A stretch of 64,000 nucleotides of DNA, taken from contig QPMI01000010.1 of NCBI GenBank assembly GCA_004431415.1, positions 186,001 to 250,000 on the forward strand. Reading direction: 5' to 3'. The translations under genes were made by a program, and so were the position numbers. Below, one piece after another: positions 29,734 to 43,007 of this stretch. Positions within the stretch are counted from its first letter, which is position 1; each line of letters begins with the position of its first letter. The stretch is from Cyanophora paradoxa CCMP329. Lineage: Eukaryota > Plantae > Glaucophyta. The notes under the pieces were generated by a model. That model was not told the DNA's origin, did no database searches, and saw nothing but the letters and a program-made list of their open reading frames with translations.

Positions 29734-30303
29734 TAGTACTACCGACTTTATCTGTAACCAATTGCAAGATGTTTATGTTTCGGATTAATGACAACTCAAC
29801 ATGACGTCGACTGAATGTGATAGTATACGATGTTATGTGCTTAGTACGCAACGTGGGGACGCCAGGGAACGCGAGCTAGCTCGACTCGAGTCGAGAACTG
29901 TGAGAAAACGCGATTCTGACCGCGGGAAGACATCATGATTGATCATGATCGATCATTAATATTATTTCATTATCACACCATCATGAATCATGATGCGTCG
30001 ACGTCGACGCCGCTACTCGACGGCCGTGAGACTCCTGTCACGTGCACAGTGTGTATACATCATAGTATTCTCGATAACAACATCGATACTGGTGCACGCT
30101 ATGAAGCTATTCGATACAGCATAGACGATAGATCAATAAGCGTTAAGCTTGCCGCGCCGGAACTTGCGCCGCAAGTTGCGCGCCATGACAAATACTCCAC
30201 AGTTTTGCGATAGTATATATATAACGGACAACCGATCGCGAGCTCACGCCGGCCGCCGCTTCATTCATGGAAGCCTCTCCCTTGAAAGGCTTCGAATTCG
30301 CCC

Positions 30304-33300
30304 CTATTTCTTCGCGTATCGGATCTTGGTCGCCGCCGCCATCGCCAGCGCCTGCCGTGGTCGGCCGCCCGCGGGGCGCGCGGCGGCGATAAGCGGGGTG
30401 CGAATGCTTTAAATAGATGGGCCCCGGGGGTACGGGCGCCGGCTCGCCTTGAACGCGACGAAGAAGAGCATCATGATCCCGACGTCGCGCCAGCGCAGGT
30501 CGAAGTCGAAGCCGTACCCGTTCCCCACCTGCGGGGGGGGGGGGGGGAAGGAGCGGGGTCGGTCGAAAGAGGGAGGGTGGTCGGACTTCGTATCAGCGGT
30601 TCATATAATAGCGGGCTCTTCTCATCGATTCGGAACAGATCAGATACATAGAGTCCTTTCGTTGAAATCTCAAGCTTAAGGACGGGCGTCGTTTAAATGT
30701 GGGGGGATGTAATAATATAATGGGATGGTAGGCACCTGCTACGGCCGCCCTCTATATATATAATTCCGGTGGCCGCCCTCTTCTAAATTCTAGATCTAAA
30801 CAGCCTAAAGGGTGGATATATTAGGCACCTGCTCGCCGCGGACGACGACAGAGCCGTACTGCTGCACGCACGCCGCCGCCTCGCTGCGGGGCCGGGGCTC
30901 AGCTCAGTTCGGCTCAGCTGAGCCCACGAGACTTAGAGCCGCCGCCCGCGCTCTTAGAGCGAGACTTAGGTAGTCTTAGGGAGCTCAGCATCCTTAGCTA
31001 CGCATCCTTAGCAACTTGAATTGATGAAAGCAAAGCTCAGCCGAAGCTAAGCTCATTAAGCTAATTATAGAGGCCTCGAGCCTCGAGCCCCGCGCAGCGC
31101 ACTTGGGGGCGCATGCGAGGGAGAGGCCCTGGAGCTCGTTGATGGAGAGGGACTGCAGCGGGTACTTCAGGAACGACGCGTAGTGCTGCGGGGTGCGCGG
31201 CCCGTGGATCAGGGCGGGAGGTGGGAGGGGGGGGGGGGGGGGGGGGGGGGGTGCGCGGCGGCGGGGCTTTAGCTGTGAGATTGAGGTTCGATCGCGAGGG
31301 ACTAGTGCTCGCAAGGTGTGGCCGAAGGGGCGGGCGAGCCGGCGCCGGGTTCCGGTGGGCCCGGGGCGGGGGCGGGGGCGGGGGCGGGGGCGGGGCACCA
31401 TCCAGATCCAGTAGTTGGGTATGCTGGGCCCCGAGATGATGAACCCCGCGAAGACCGACCTGCGCGCGCGCGCGCGAGCGGGACGGGGGCCCAGAGATCA
31501 AACCGAGAGACAGTTGCAAGGGCGAGATGGCGAAGGGAGGAAGGCACCAGCCGTGCGCGGGAGGGAGATAGGAGGGGGGAAATATAGGGGTTTATTATTA
31601 CTATTTGGGATCATAACAATGGGCTCAGGGCGGGGCGGGGGCGGGGCGGGGCGGGGCGGGGGGCGGACATGGGCATGATGACGGCGACGAAGGCCTGGCT
31701 CGCCACCTCCTGGCTCGGCAGCACCTGCCCGCCCCGCCCCGCCCACGTCAGCGCCGGCGTCAGACTCTGCGACGTGCGAGCGCTCTACCCTCTCTGCCCC
31801 TCTATCCTTCTATAATTCGAGTTACTAGTGCCCGGCGCTCTGCAGGCGCTGGGCGGGGCGGGGGGCGGGACGGGGCGGGGCGGACGAGGGCAAAGAGCTC
31901 CGCGAAGGAGTACATGACCTGGCAGAAGACCCACGTCGCCACCGCGAAGTACAGCACCCGCGCCCCTGCCGATGCCGGGAAGCGCGGCGGTATCAGCAAG
32001 AGCGGCCCGGAGCTCACGTGCTAGCTGGATCAAATGCGGGGCGGGCGCGGAGGGCGGGAGGGGCGGACCGGAGTCGGCGGTGGTGAGGCCGGAGAAGGAG
32101 TAGTAGACCACGTCGAAGAGGGCGACCTCGGCCGTCTGGCGGGGGGCGAGAGTCAGTTGGACGTTGGTTATTCAGAAGGATCTAGATGGCCATTCTGTCT
32201 GTAAGTTAATATGAGAGAGGGAGGCGCTCGGGCGCGCCTGGAGGACGAATTCGACGAGGGTCCACGCGATCGACGCCGCCAGCGGGTGGTACGCCCCTGC
32301 GCGAGACACGACACGACACGCGCGTTAGGCTCGTCTTCGCGTCTTGCATGTTGTCTGGCCTCGCGATTCGACATCGATTCGATTCGACTGGACGCTCTCC
32401 TTGTACATCTAGTCTAGATCCCATTTTGAATCCATTTTAGGTCTTTTAAAGTTTTGGTCTAGTTCTGGACTAGACCTAAATCCCTAGAACGCACCCTGGA
32501 CGCTCTCCTTGTACATGATGGCGCGCTCGAAGACCTTCGTCGGGATCGCCGAGAGGCACCCGATCGCTGCGTGGCGGGCGCGTCAGCTCCAGAGAGGGGC
32601 AGAGGCTAGCTATAGGGGCGAAGCCGCGTCCCAAGGCGACGCTGCGACGCTGCCAGCGACCAAGGCCTCACCGAAGGCGATGACGGCGTAAAAAGCCCCC
32701 GAGATGCGCATCCGCCCCGCCGCTGCGGGCGCCGCGGCGCGCGTCAGACGCGCTCGAAGGACCCGCCCGCGTCGGTCGTTCCTCCGGCGCCAGCCCGCCG
32801 TTCCCCCGCACCGAGGTCGTCGGCGCATATTCGCTGATTACAATTATATTATGCAACTTATTAGCTTATAATGTACAGCTCGGCAGCTTCCTCGCGCACC
32901 GAGGTTCTTAGCTTATCAGCTCATAAGCTTATTAGCTCATTAGCTTAGCTTAGCTTAGCTTAGCTTAGCTTAGCTTAGCTTAGCTTAGCTTAGCTTAGCT
33001 TAGCTTAGCTTAGCTTAGCTTAGCCTCCTCGCGCAAAAGAGGCTCTTAGCTTATCAGCCTATGAGCTTATGAGCTTTTTGGTTTATAATCAGCTTCCCCG
33101 CGCACCGAGGTTGTTGGCGCGGTTGTGGTAGAACATGGAGCCCCCCACGAAAGACAGGAAGAGCGCCCTGCAGCAGGAATAATGTGAGCCTTATTGGAAA
33201 CGAGGCCGGGGCTCAAGAAGACGAGGCCTTGAGAGCGCTATCAACATTCCGATACTGTAATCAGTTGTGGATTATGTGGATTACGTTACGTTAACTTCGA

Positions 33301-36300
33301 TACTATTCACATTTACGTTAGTTGTGGATTATGTAATTAGAGGGCCCGCACCGTACGAGGAGGGCCTTGAGGACCTCGGGCCTGCGGAGGACGGCGCGCG
33401 CGTACCGCCGCGTGCACGCCGCCGCCTGCGCCCCGAACGACGCCGCGAAGCGCGCCGAGAAGGGGCGCTCGAGCCCGCCCGCCGCGTTCTTCTGGGACTG
33501 CGGCAAGTGTTTCAATCTTGGCTTACGTAGTTTTAGTTTTAGATTGGTTTACTTTAGTGCTTTAGCGCTTTGGTTTTAGAGAGGACGCGGAGCGGGGCGG
33601 AGCGGAGCGGGGCGGAGCTGGCGGACCAGCTCCTGTTCGAGGGCGGACTGCGCCGCCTCGGCCCCCGCGCGGCGCGGGCAGGCGCGCCAGCGCTCGGCGA
33701 CATCGGCGGCGGGGCCCGCGCCGGGGCCCGCGCCGAGCCGGGCGCCCTCGCGCTTGCCCCCGCACACCTCCAGCACCTGACAGCCCCGAGAATCAAAGAA
33801 GGGAGGGGGGGGGGGATTAGGGGGGTAGGACGCACGAAGTCGGCGGGGTTGTGGCCCTTCGGGCACTCGTACCCCAGCGACGCGAAGTGGGCCAGCACCT
33901 GCCGCCCCGTGCACGCGACCGCCGGGTCAGGAGGCTCGGCGGCTACGATTTGAGCGCCGCGGGGTTCCTAAGGTGTTCTAAGATGGATCCAATCTTCTCC
34001 TTGGTCCAATATTAATGTTCTTCTTCTGAGGATCCAAGTGCACTAACAAGAGCCTATAGCTAGTGCAACCGAAACCCAGGGGCCAGCGCAGCAATCAACC
34101 CAACCCAATCCGCCCCATCTTTTAACGTCGGGCACGCGGGAACGCCCGCCGCACCTCGAAGGAGGGGGGGCCGAGGGCCCCGAAGTAGGCCGCCTCGAAT
34201 TCTAAATTATACTCTAGATCCTAACTCTTAGTTGCCCAGGAACCTAAGGTGGATCTAATCTAAGGTGGATCTAATCTAAGGTGGATCTAATCTAAAGAGA
34301 TCCACTCTCACTATAGATCCGCGCACCTCGGAGGAGGCGGGGCCGAGGGGCCCGAAGTAGGCGGCCTCGCCGCCGGCGCGGAGGAGGAGCATCCAGTCGA
34401 AGAGCTCGAAGAGCTTCGCCGACGGCTGGTGCACCGTGCTGCGGGGGGCCGGGCGGGGCGAGAAGGTCAGGCAAGGCGGAGGGGGCTCGGGGTTCGTGAC
34501 GCATTGGGGCTCGGTGCCGATGGGCCACGGCCGCACTAGTACCTCTAGCTCGCTCCTCTAACTCTGCCCCCGTTGCTCCTGGCGTCGTTAACGTTCGCGC
34601 ACCAGACGACGGCCTGGCCGGCGCGGGCGAGGGCCTTCACGGCGCGGAGGACGTGGAGCGCCGCCACCGCGTCCAGCCCCGACGTCGGCTCGTCTGCCGC
34701 CGGCCGGCGGGTCAGACCAGTCGGAATCAGAAGTACCGGGAAGTTAGGGAGGAGGGGCGCCGGTGCTCTAGCATAATGCTCTAGCATAAGGCAGGTCAGA
34801 AGTTGCGGTTGCGGAGTTGCGTAGAGGCGGCGTGAACGTTAGCGGGTGGGAGGTTAGGACAGGTCAGCAAGCTACGGTTGCAGGCGTTGGATTGGGATTA
34901 GAAGCGTGTGCAGGAGGCGGCGGCGGGCGGGTCACATTGGCGGGGGCGGAGGCCCAGATCTAAAGTACAAGGCTTCAGCCTCGAAGCTTACGGTGGCGCA
35001 GTGAATTGCGATTAGCGTAAAAGAGATAGGTCTCTTATTAGGCTTAAGCATTTTGAGTTACTTAGGAGGTTTCTGATAGACCGCACCGAGGAAGAGGATG
35101 GCGGGGCGGGCGACGAGCTCGACGGCGATGGAGACGCGCTTCCGCAGCTCCGGCGAGTGCGCCGCCCTGCCGAAATAGAAATGAGAGACCCTCGGAAATC
35201 TATAAGAGACCTCTAGCTATATAGAAATCTATATTGGCTCTCGCGGCCGGGGCGCCGCTCAGGCTCAGGCGAGTCGACCGCGGTCCGGTGGAGCGGGGGC
35301 GCGGGCCGCGAAGCATCCGAGGAGGAGGTCGGCTAGATATAGCTAGATATAATGGCCCCTAGAAAACCTTCTTCTTCTTCTTAAGAGACCCGATTGCAAG
35401 ATTCCATTCCAGACCCGACGCACCCGAGGAGGAGGTCGGCGTGGGGGCGCAGCGCGAGCTCCTCCATCGTCTCCTCCGCCTGGCCCCGCGCCGGGCCCGT
35501 CAGAAGGCGCGGGGACCAGGCCGAGGCCGGGGCCGGGGACAACAGAGATTCGAGGGTACTACTCTAAGTTTAGTTTCTCCTTGAGGAAAAGGAGGGGCGG
35601 GGCCGAGGAGAGCGACTGGCGGGGGCGGGGCTACTTTTCGAGAGTACTACTTTTAATTTAGTTTCAACTTGAGTAAAATGAGGGGCGGGGGTGGGGCGCA
35701 CGGCCTGGAGCTTGGCGGCGCGGGAGAGGGAGCCCGGGAGCCGCAGCAGCGCCGAGAAGACCACCGCCTCCCGCACCGTCTGAGGCAAACGAGTTGGAGG
35801 GCGGGGTGGATGGGAGACGGCATAGACGGCTTGGACTCGAACGGCGTACGGCGGCCGGCCGGCGGAAGGGGTACACAAGGCGGCCGGCCGGTTTAGATCT
35901 AGTGCGATGGGAGCGGGGACCTGCTCGGGGATGAGGAGGTCGAACTGCTCGACGTAGCCGGCGAGGCGGTGGAAGAACCGGTCCCGCGGCCGCCCGTTGA
36001 TCCGGATCTCCCCTGCACGTAAACAGGTCAGAGGCAGGACACGCAGGAGAGGCTGAAGCAGAACGCGGGCGCGCCCGTGACCTTGCCCTGCTCCTTGCGG
36101 CCGGCCAGAACGTCCAGGAGCTGCGCGCGCGCGCGCGGGGCGGCGTGAGCGGCCGGGGCGCGAAGCAAAGCACCGCGCGCCGCCCCCAAGCACCGTCGTC
36201 TTTCCCTGCGGGCCGGGCGCGCGCGCCCCGTCAGCGGCGCCGGAGAGCGGGCGAGGAAGCTAAAGGGCGGCGCACGGCGCCGGAGGGGCCCATGAGGGCC

Positions 36301-39300
36301 ATGAGCATGCCGCTCCTGCAGTAGGCCGTCACCCCCGTCAGGACCTGCTTGCCCTGCGGAGCGCACCGCGCGCTCGAGTTTAGGGCAGATTGCATTAGAA
36401 AGACGTAGTAGAGCGGACCTTGATGGAGTACCCCAGGTCGCGCCACGTGATGACGGCTGGCGGGTGGCGCGGCCGCTCCGCCGCCTCGGACGGCATCTCC
36501 ACCGCGACGCTGCGAACGAAGTGAGGGGTACCCGATTCGGAGAGCAGCTACAGGAAGCAGGGCGCACTGCGGGGGCGGGGAGCGGGGCGTGCGGCGCCCG
36601 TTCGCGTCCCCCCCCTCCTTCTTCCCGGTACCCCCCTCGTCCTCGAAGAAGCGGGGTACGACCTCCTCCTCCCTGCGGACGAAGGCCCAGGCGAAGAGGC
36701 CGGCCGCGCCAAGGGCAAGAGCGAAGAGGGCCAGGATGCCTATGTCCCGCCACACCCACTCCGCCTCCGTCCTCAGCGTGAACTGGGGCGGAGATTAAGG
36801 GGAAGGGCGGGGGGAGGGGAGGGGAAGGGGGGTACGGCGCACAAAGTCGAGGGCGGCGACGCCCGGGAGCCCGCCCTCCAGGGGTAGATCCTTCAGCTGC
36901 GGCGAAAGCTCGAAGAGGGCGGGGGGTACGGGAGGGCTCGAAAGCGGGGTACCTCGTTCAGCACGAGGGCTGCGGTGGACCAAAACAGCGGAATCAGGAC
37001 GGGATGGGATGCAACGGGGGTACGCGGATCTAGATCTCGCCTTCGATGGGGTACACGAGGAAGGCCAGGTAGTGCATCCATATCCAGGGCTGCGGGGCGG
37101 ATCGAATCCTCGCGAACGGTCCCCGGCGAGCCCGGAGGGGTACGGGGCGCACGGAGGGGATGAGCTCCTTGGGTACCATGAATCCGCAGAAAACGAGGAC
37201 GCCGGCCAGGCAGCCCGAGATGAGCACGGTACCCTGGCGCGAGATTGGGGGGGGGGGGGACAGATCAGTCATGTGACCTGGTGGGGACCGGCAAGAGGGT
37301 AAGAGTACCTGGGCGGCATTCAAGGACAGGGCAACCACGATCTGAGTGAGGCTGGGGGGGAATGAGTTCCGGGGGGAGAGGGGCGGTTCAAGGATAGGGG
37401 TACGCACCCGTATGATGTGATGAAGACGAGCCAGAGGACGAAGATGAGGGTGGCGTAGCGCCCCCCGCCTGGGGGTACGGGGTGAGAAGGGCGGGAGAGG
37501 CGGAGAAGAGGCGCAGTGGAGTGGGGAGTGGGGGTACGCACTTTCGGCGGAGGAGAAACCGGCGGGCCAGTAGGCTGCGCGGGCGTCAAGCACGCGCATT
37601 CGCTTTAGTTTTTCGGCTTGTGGAATGTATCTAAAATGTTTCAGGTCGTCCTACAATAACAGCGAAGCTCACATAGGGACGTCAGCGCGATGATCTCGAG
37701 GGCCAGCAGCGGCGTCTCCGCGGCCGCCCGCGCGATGTAGTACTGCCGGGGGGCAGAAGTGAGGGGGGAAAGTGTTGAGGGGAGGGGAGAGAAGGGGGCG
37801 CACGGGGGCGGTTCTGTAGTACCCCGCGCGGCTGCGGGTCGGGGAGGGGCACCCGTCAGAACGCGATCTCGAGCTCATAGCGAGCCTCTGACAACGCAAT
37901 TTTGCTTTAAGCTATTTTAGGAGCACGATTCTGCTCACCTCTGTATGTAGAAGATCTTCCTCTCCTCGAAGAAGCGGGGTATGGCGCCCATGACCTCCAA
38001 AAGCAGCGTACCCGCCCACACGAAGCTCTGAGAGGAGGGGGGTGGGGGTAAGGGGAGGAGGCGGGGGGGGGGGGGGGGGGGGTTGGAGGGGGGCACGCGC
38101 GATGGAAACGCGGAGGATGGCGCCGGTGAAGTTTCGGGGGATGGAGAGGAAGAGTGTACCCGTCAAAAAGCCCGCGAAGAGCGCGTGGATGTACCTGGGG
38201 GTTACGAGATAAGAAACTCGAAACAGAGCCGCTTTCAAGCTCAGCGCGCCTGGTCTTGAGCTGGGGCGTGTTGCGGCGCCAGAGGCGGGCTTCCCGCCCG
38301 AGGCAGAGCCAGAGCGCAAGCCACGCAGAGCGAGCAAGGCCGCCCTCGACGGCCGCCGCCGCCGCCCCGGGCGCCGGCCCCGCCTCCACGCTCCGCGCCA
38401 CTTCCGCCTCCGCCTCCTGCGCGGGGGTACGGTGTTTAGGCAGGCAAAGAGGGAGGGAAAGGAAGGGTACGGGTGCGCCGGGGCGGGCCTGCTTCAGGGG
38501 GGACGAATCGTACGCGGCCACCAGCTCCGCCTTCGAGAGGGGCCCGTCGGGGGGTACGCAGTCCAGCGGCAGCGTACCCGACTCGGGTTCCAGCACGTTC
38601 TGTCGGGGGGGAGGGGGGGGTAAGGGGACTCCGGCGGGGGGTGGCTGGGGCGCATGGGAGAGGAAGGGGTACGTTGATAAAGTCGGGCAAGGTCATGTAC
38701 GCGGGCCGCCTGTACCCCGACAGGGCCACGTGCCCCTCGATTCCCGTCCTGGGGCCTGCTTCGAAAATCACGAAAGGATGGAGAGGGGGGGAGCGGGGGG
38801 AGGCGGAGCGGGGGGGTACGCGCGCACCGCAGTAGACGACGCGGCCGGCGGAGAGGAGTACGGCGCTGTCGAAGAGGGCGAACGCCTCCTCGCTGGGTAC
38901 AGGATTGGTCAGAAAAAAAGGTGCCGGAACCTCCGAGAAAGAATTCTGTATCCTCGCCTGGGCTGCAGCAGGCTCATGACGACGGTCCGGCCGTGGGCGG
39001 CCAGCTCACGGCACGCCGTCACGATCTGGGGGGTACCGGTGAGCTGGGAAGCGAGGGGGAGGGAAAGGCGAGGGGGTACAGGGCGCACGTCGAGGGTCAT
39101 GGGGGCGTCGAGGCCCGTCGAGGGCTCGTCCATCTGAGAGGCGAACGAAGCTGAGGAAAAGAAGGCGCCGGGGGTACGGGAATCGCGCACGACGAGAACC
39201 GACGGATTAGATACCATCTCGAGGGCGATCGTCACGCGCTGTGGCGGCGGCGTCGTTCAAACCCCAAGGGGGGGGGTACGGGGGCGGCGCGGACCCGGCG

Positions 39301-40813
39301 CTGGCCGCCCGAGATACCGCCCATCTGGCTGTTGCCCACCAGGTTTCCGGCGACGTGGCTTAGACCCAGTATCGAGAGCGCCGTACCCACCTGGCGGGGG
39401 GCGTGAGAAGGGGTACGTCTTGAAGAAGGGGGAGGGGAGGAGGGACGGGTACCGCCTCATCGACGATCTCCCGATCGGCGGCGGCGGGGAGGCGGCAGCT
39501 TGCCGCGAAGCGAAGGGTCTCCTCGACCGTGAGGTAGGCTGCGGGGGTACAGGGGCGGACGTCAGGGGGGTATACGGCATCGCACGCGTCCCCGCGCACG
39601 GAAGTGAACCTGCGGAGGGCGAATCAGTCGGGGACGGGTGAGAGCTGGCGGGGGGTACGTGTGCGCACGTCCTCAGCGTCGACGAATCCGACGCGGCGGG
39701 TTGCGAGCGTCGCATCGGCTGGGCGCCCGTCGACCTTTGCGGAGGGGTCAGGGAATATGTGGAGGGGAGGTGGGGAGGTGGGGAGGCGCTGGGTACCAGG
39801 AAGTCTCCAGAGGCTTTGACGGCTGCCGGGAGTCGGCCGGAGATCTGAAGGGGGTACGGAATCGGTGAAGGGGCGCTGGACAGGTGGGGGTAGGGTGGAG
39901 GGGGGGGGGGGGGACCAGCTTCAGGAGGGTGCTCTTTCCGGAGGCTCGGCTCCCGAGAACAGCGGTGAGCGTACCCGGCTGAGTTGCACGTCATGCGATG
40001 GAAAAGGAGCCGGGGCGGGGGGGGGGGTACGGGCGCACGCGAAAGGCGCAGGTGACCTGGTCCAGAATAGAGCGCTCGACCCGCTTCGGCCCGGAGAGGC
40101 CGCGAGCCAGCGCTCCGAAGAACGCCCCGCCGGCTGTTCTCGGGGGCTGAGGCGCAGATCGGGAGGGGAGGGGTACGAGGAGCGCACCTGAGCGGGACTC
40201 GTCGTCCCGTTCCGCAGGTACCTTCACGGAGCAGCGCACGTTTTCTGCGGGCCGCGGGCGGTCAGATTGTATCGAAGCGGCCGGCGGTCAGATGGTATCG
40301 AAGCGGCGCACGGAGCGTGAGGGTGCAGCGCCCCGGGGCGAGACCGGCGCCCTCCATGCGCGCCGAGAAGGCGCGAACGAGGGCGGCCGCGTTGCACTTC
40401 GGCCCGGCCTTGGGACTGGTCCCTTCTTCATCCCCTTCGCCTGTGGGGCCCGGCCGGCCGCGAGCTGGAGCGCGTGCAGAGTCAAGAGGCAGCCGCGGAC
40501 CGCGGGATCAAATGTGCAGCGCACAGGCGTCGTCGGAGAGCGGAACCGCGCCACCGGCCGCTGCAGGCAAAGGAGCGACCTTCATGGTCTTGACAATCTT
40601 CACGCGGATGTCGCTGGACGGCGAGAGGCGCTGGCTTCCGCGGCGGCTTCCGGCCCTTGAAGGCGGCTCCGCTGCCGCTGCGGCCGGTGCTGGGCTCTCG
40701 AGTGCTCCGTATTGCGGTGCGCTCGCGGTTTCCCGCGTCTCGCGCGTCAGCTGCAGCGGCTCCGGAACCGCGCTCGAAACGCCAGCTGCAGCGATGGGTG
40801 GCAGCCGCTGCAT
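30304..40813 (-). CDS. Full-size ABCG/PDR-type ABC transporter (NBD-TMD-NBD-TMD), roughly 40 or more exons
   Basis: NBD1: [52 protein letters not shown]1 includes [11 protein letters not shown]2: LMGPSGA|GKTT|[51 protein letters not shown]2 includes [14 protein letters not shown]|[17 protein letters not shown] and ends IRYAKK*. Start uncertain. Confidence 0.93.
32940..33024. repeat. (TTAGC)n microsatellite, intronic
   Basis: About 17 perfect pentamer units. Confidence 0.97.
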
Positions 40814-41156
40814 GCGATGTCTTAGACGCTCGATCTTGCTTCACATGCTCTGCGCTAGGATAAGATCCCGTGTGCTGCCACGTGCATCATGCCCCCGGAG
40901 CTCGTGGGCCCGCGCCGGCTGCAGCTGCGACTGCGGCTTGCGGAAGCGAACTGTACAGCTGCAGCTCCACGCGTACGCAGCTCCCAGCTGGTCTCTGAGC
41001 GCCCGGCACTTTTGTCGACAAAGCCAGCGCGATGTCGACAAAGGGGGATACGCTTTCAAATCGCCGCAGCGGTTCAGTAGGAGACCGCACCGGTGTAGCT
41101 ATAGGGCGGGATGGCGGATCGGGCGCCGAAGCGCGCGAGAACGGAGGCCGGTGCGG

Positions 41157-43007
41157 ATGTTGCTGGTTGTGCCCGCCCGCTCTCCCGCTCAGGCGCCCGT
41201 CGATGTCGCAGAGTCGCCCGCGTCGTCGCCTGCTCCCCCAGCTGCAGCGGCCGCCGCGGCCTCGATCTCCCTTGAGCGCTTGCCGGGCGACGTGCTGTCA
41301 AGGTGGGCGAGCTGGCGCCCCGCGGGCAGTGCGGCCGCTGTTTGACACACCTCCCAGAATCCTGCAGCTCTTGCCGCTGCGAACGGCGTTCGCCGTGCGG
41401 CGGGTGAGCCGCGCCATCCGCGACGCCGTCGAGTCGACTGCGTTCGATGGCGGAACGCTGCACGTCGCATGTCGGGCCGAGGGGCGCTGGAGCGCGGCGC
41501 TCGACAAATTGGAGCACTTCGTGCGTGACGGGCGACTCAAGGGCGGCGATCTCAGCGTCCGCGTCGAGTGCAGCGGGGAGCTCCGCAGCGGCGGCGGCGC
41601 GCAGCCGGCCGGCCTGCTCGCGGCCCTCGCCGGGCGCTGTCGGCGCGTCTGCGTCCGATTCGTATTCGCGGGCGGCGCCGAGCTCGCTTTCGATCGGCAC
41701 GTGCGCGACGTCCTCGGCGCCCTGGCGCCCGGCGGGGCGGCCGGTCCGCTACAGGAGCTCGAGCTGCTGAGCAGCGTGTACCAGACCCGCTTCCCCCACA
41801 CCCTCAAGATCCCGGAGGAGTGCCTCGCGCCCCTTTCCGGCCTTCAGGCCCTCCGCCTCGCCGACGACGCGCCCCCTAGCGCCGAGACGGTGGCCGCCAT
41901 CGCCGCCCGCCTCCCTTCGCTGCGCCGCCTGCGGCTCTGCGTCGACGCCAAGCGCCCAGAGGCGATCGGGCGGCTCGCCCCCCTCCGCAGCTTAGAGCAG
42001 CTCGTCCTCCACACGAGTTCCTTGCAGGCGAGTGCGGTACCCCCCCCCCCCCCCCCCCCCCTGGCCCTGACCGCCCCCTCCGCCTCTGCCGCAGCCCCCG
42101 CCTCACCTCCGCGGCCCGGGCCTTTCTTTTTTCCCCGCTCGCCGGTACCCCCGCGGGCGGCTCGCTGCGCGAGGTCCGATTCGAGTGAGCCGACGTACCT
42201 CCCCATACCTCCCGTACCCCCCTATCCCCCCCCCCCAACCCCCCCCCCGGCAGGCCCCCGGGAGCGGGACAATGGGGCGCGTCCCTCCGACCAGGCGACC
42301 TCGCTGCCCTTGCTCGTATGCCGGAGCTCGAACGCGTGACCGGCTACCCCTCGGTACCTCTTCCCCCCCCCCCCCCAAGCCCGCCGGAGCCCTCTCAGCT
42401 TCGTTCGCAGCTAGACGCGCTGACCTTTGGGGGCGGGTCGGAGTGCCCCGAGCTGGCCGAGTTCCTTCGGGCCCCGCGCCTCGCCGCCGCGGAGCTTTCC
42501 CTCTTCAACCGCTCCGCCCCGGCGCCCCTCGCCGCCGCCCTCGCGGCCCGCGGTTCCGCACTCCAGTCCCTCGGCCTCCGCGTCACCGGTGACGCCCTCG
42601 CCTCCCTCCCGGCGCTCGTCGCGGCCTCCGAGCCGGTTCTGACCGGGCTCGAGCTCGAGCTGCGGGCCGGGTGCTCGTGGGAGGGCATGGCGACGGCCGC
42701 GCTCGCGAGCTGGTCGCTCCGCCCCGCCATGATCGAGCTGGCCGCGAGCCTCGCCCGCTGCCCGCGCTTCGGCCGCCTCGCCATCCGCGCCGACGTCGCT
42801 GCCCCCGTAGCCGTCGCCTTCGCGGCCGACCTCGGCCCGCTGGCCGCCCTGGGCCGCGGAGGATGCGTCCGGCTCGAAGTCTCCGCGCGGCTGCGGCGGC
42901 CGGGCGCCGGCTCCGGCGACGTCGACGAGCACCTGGCGGCCGCCCGCGCGGCGTTCGCGGCGGCCCTGCCGGCCGTTCGCGTCCTCGTCGAGGCTGCCTC
43001 CCCCTAG
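41157..43007 (+). CDS. F-box protein with leucine-rich (LRR-like) C-terminal region
   Basis: SLERLPGDVLSR|ILQLLPLRTAFAVRRVSRAIRDAV is an F-box. It is followed by LxxLxL repeats (LQELELL, LQALRL, LRRLRL, LEQLVL, LQSLGL, LTGLEL). Frame shifts coincide with long poly-C runs at 42040-42380. Confidence 0.75.

Noticed and set aside
19600-29800. CRISPR array, Fanzor/TnpB or viral (Polinton/NCLDV) genes in the transposon islands
   Set aside because: No regularly spaced repeat-spacer units and no RuvC, integrase, polB or capsid motifs were seen. The repeats are explained by TIRs, TSDs and subterminal motifs.
32940-33024. (TTAGC)n as a telomeric repeat, and the single ttagggttag at about 21908
   Set aside because: The array is intronic and derives from local AGCT filler. 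No TTAGGG array is present.
42030-42380. Frameshifts in the F-box gene (and near 55085 in the dynamin) as pseudogenisation
   Set aside because: They coincide with G/C homopolymers, typical of long-read indel errors, and the flanking coding sequence is intact. Read-level checking is needed.
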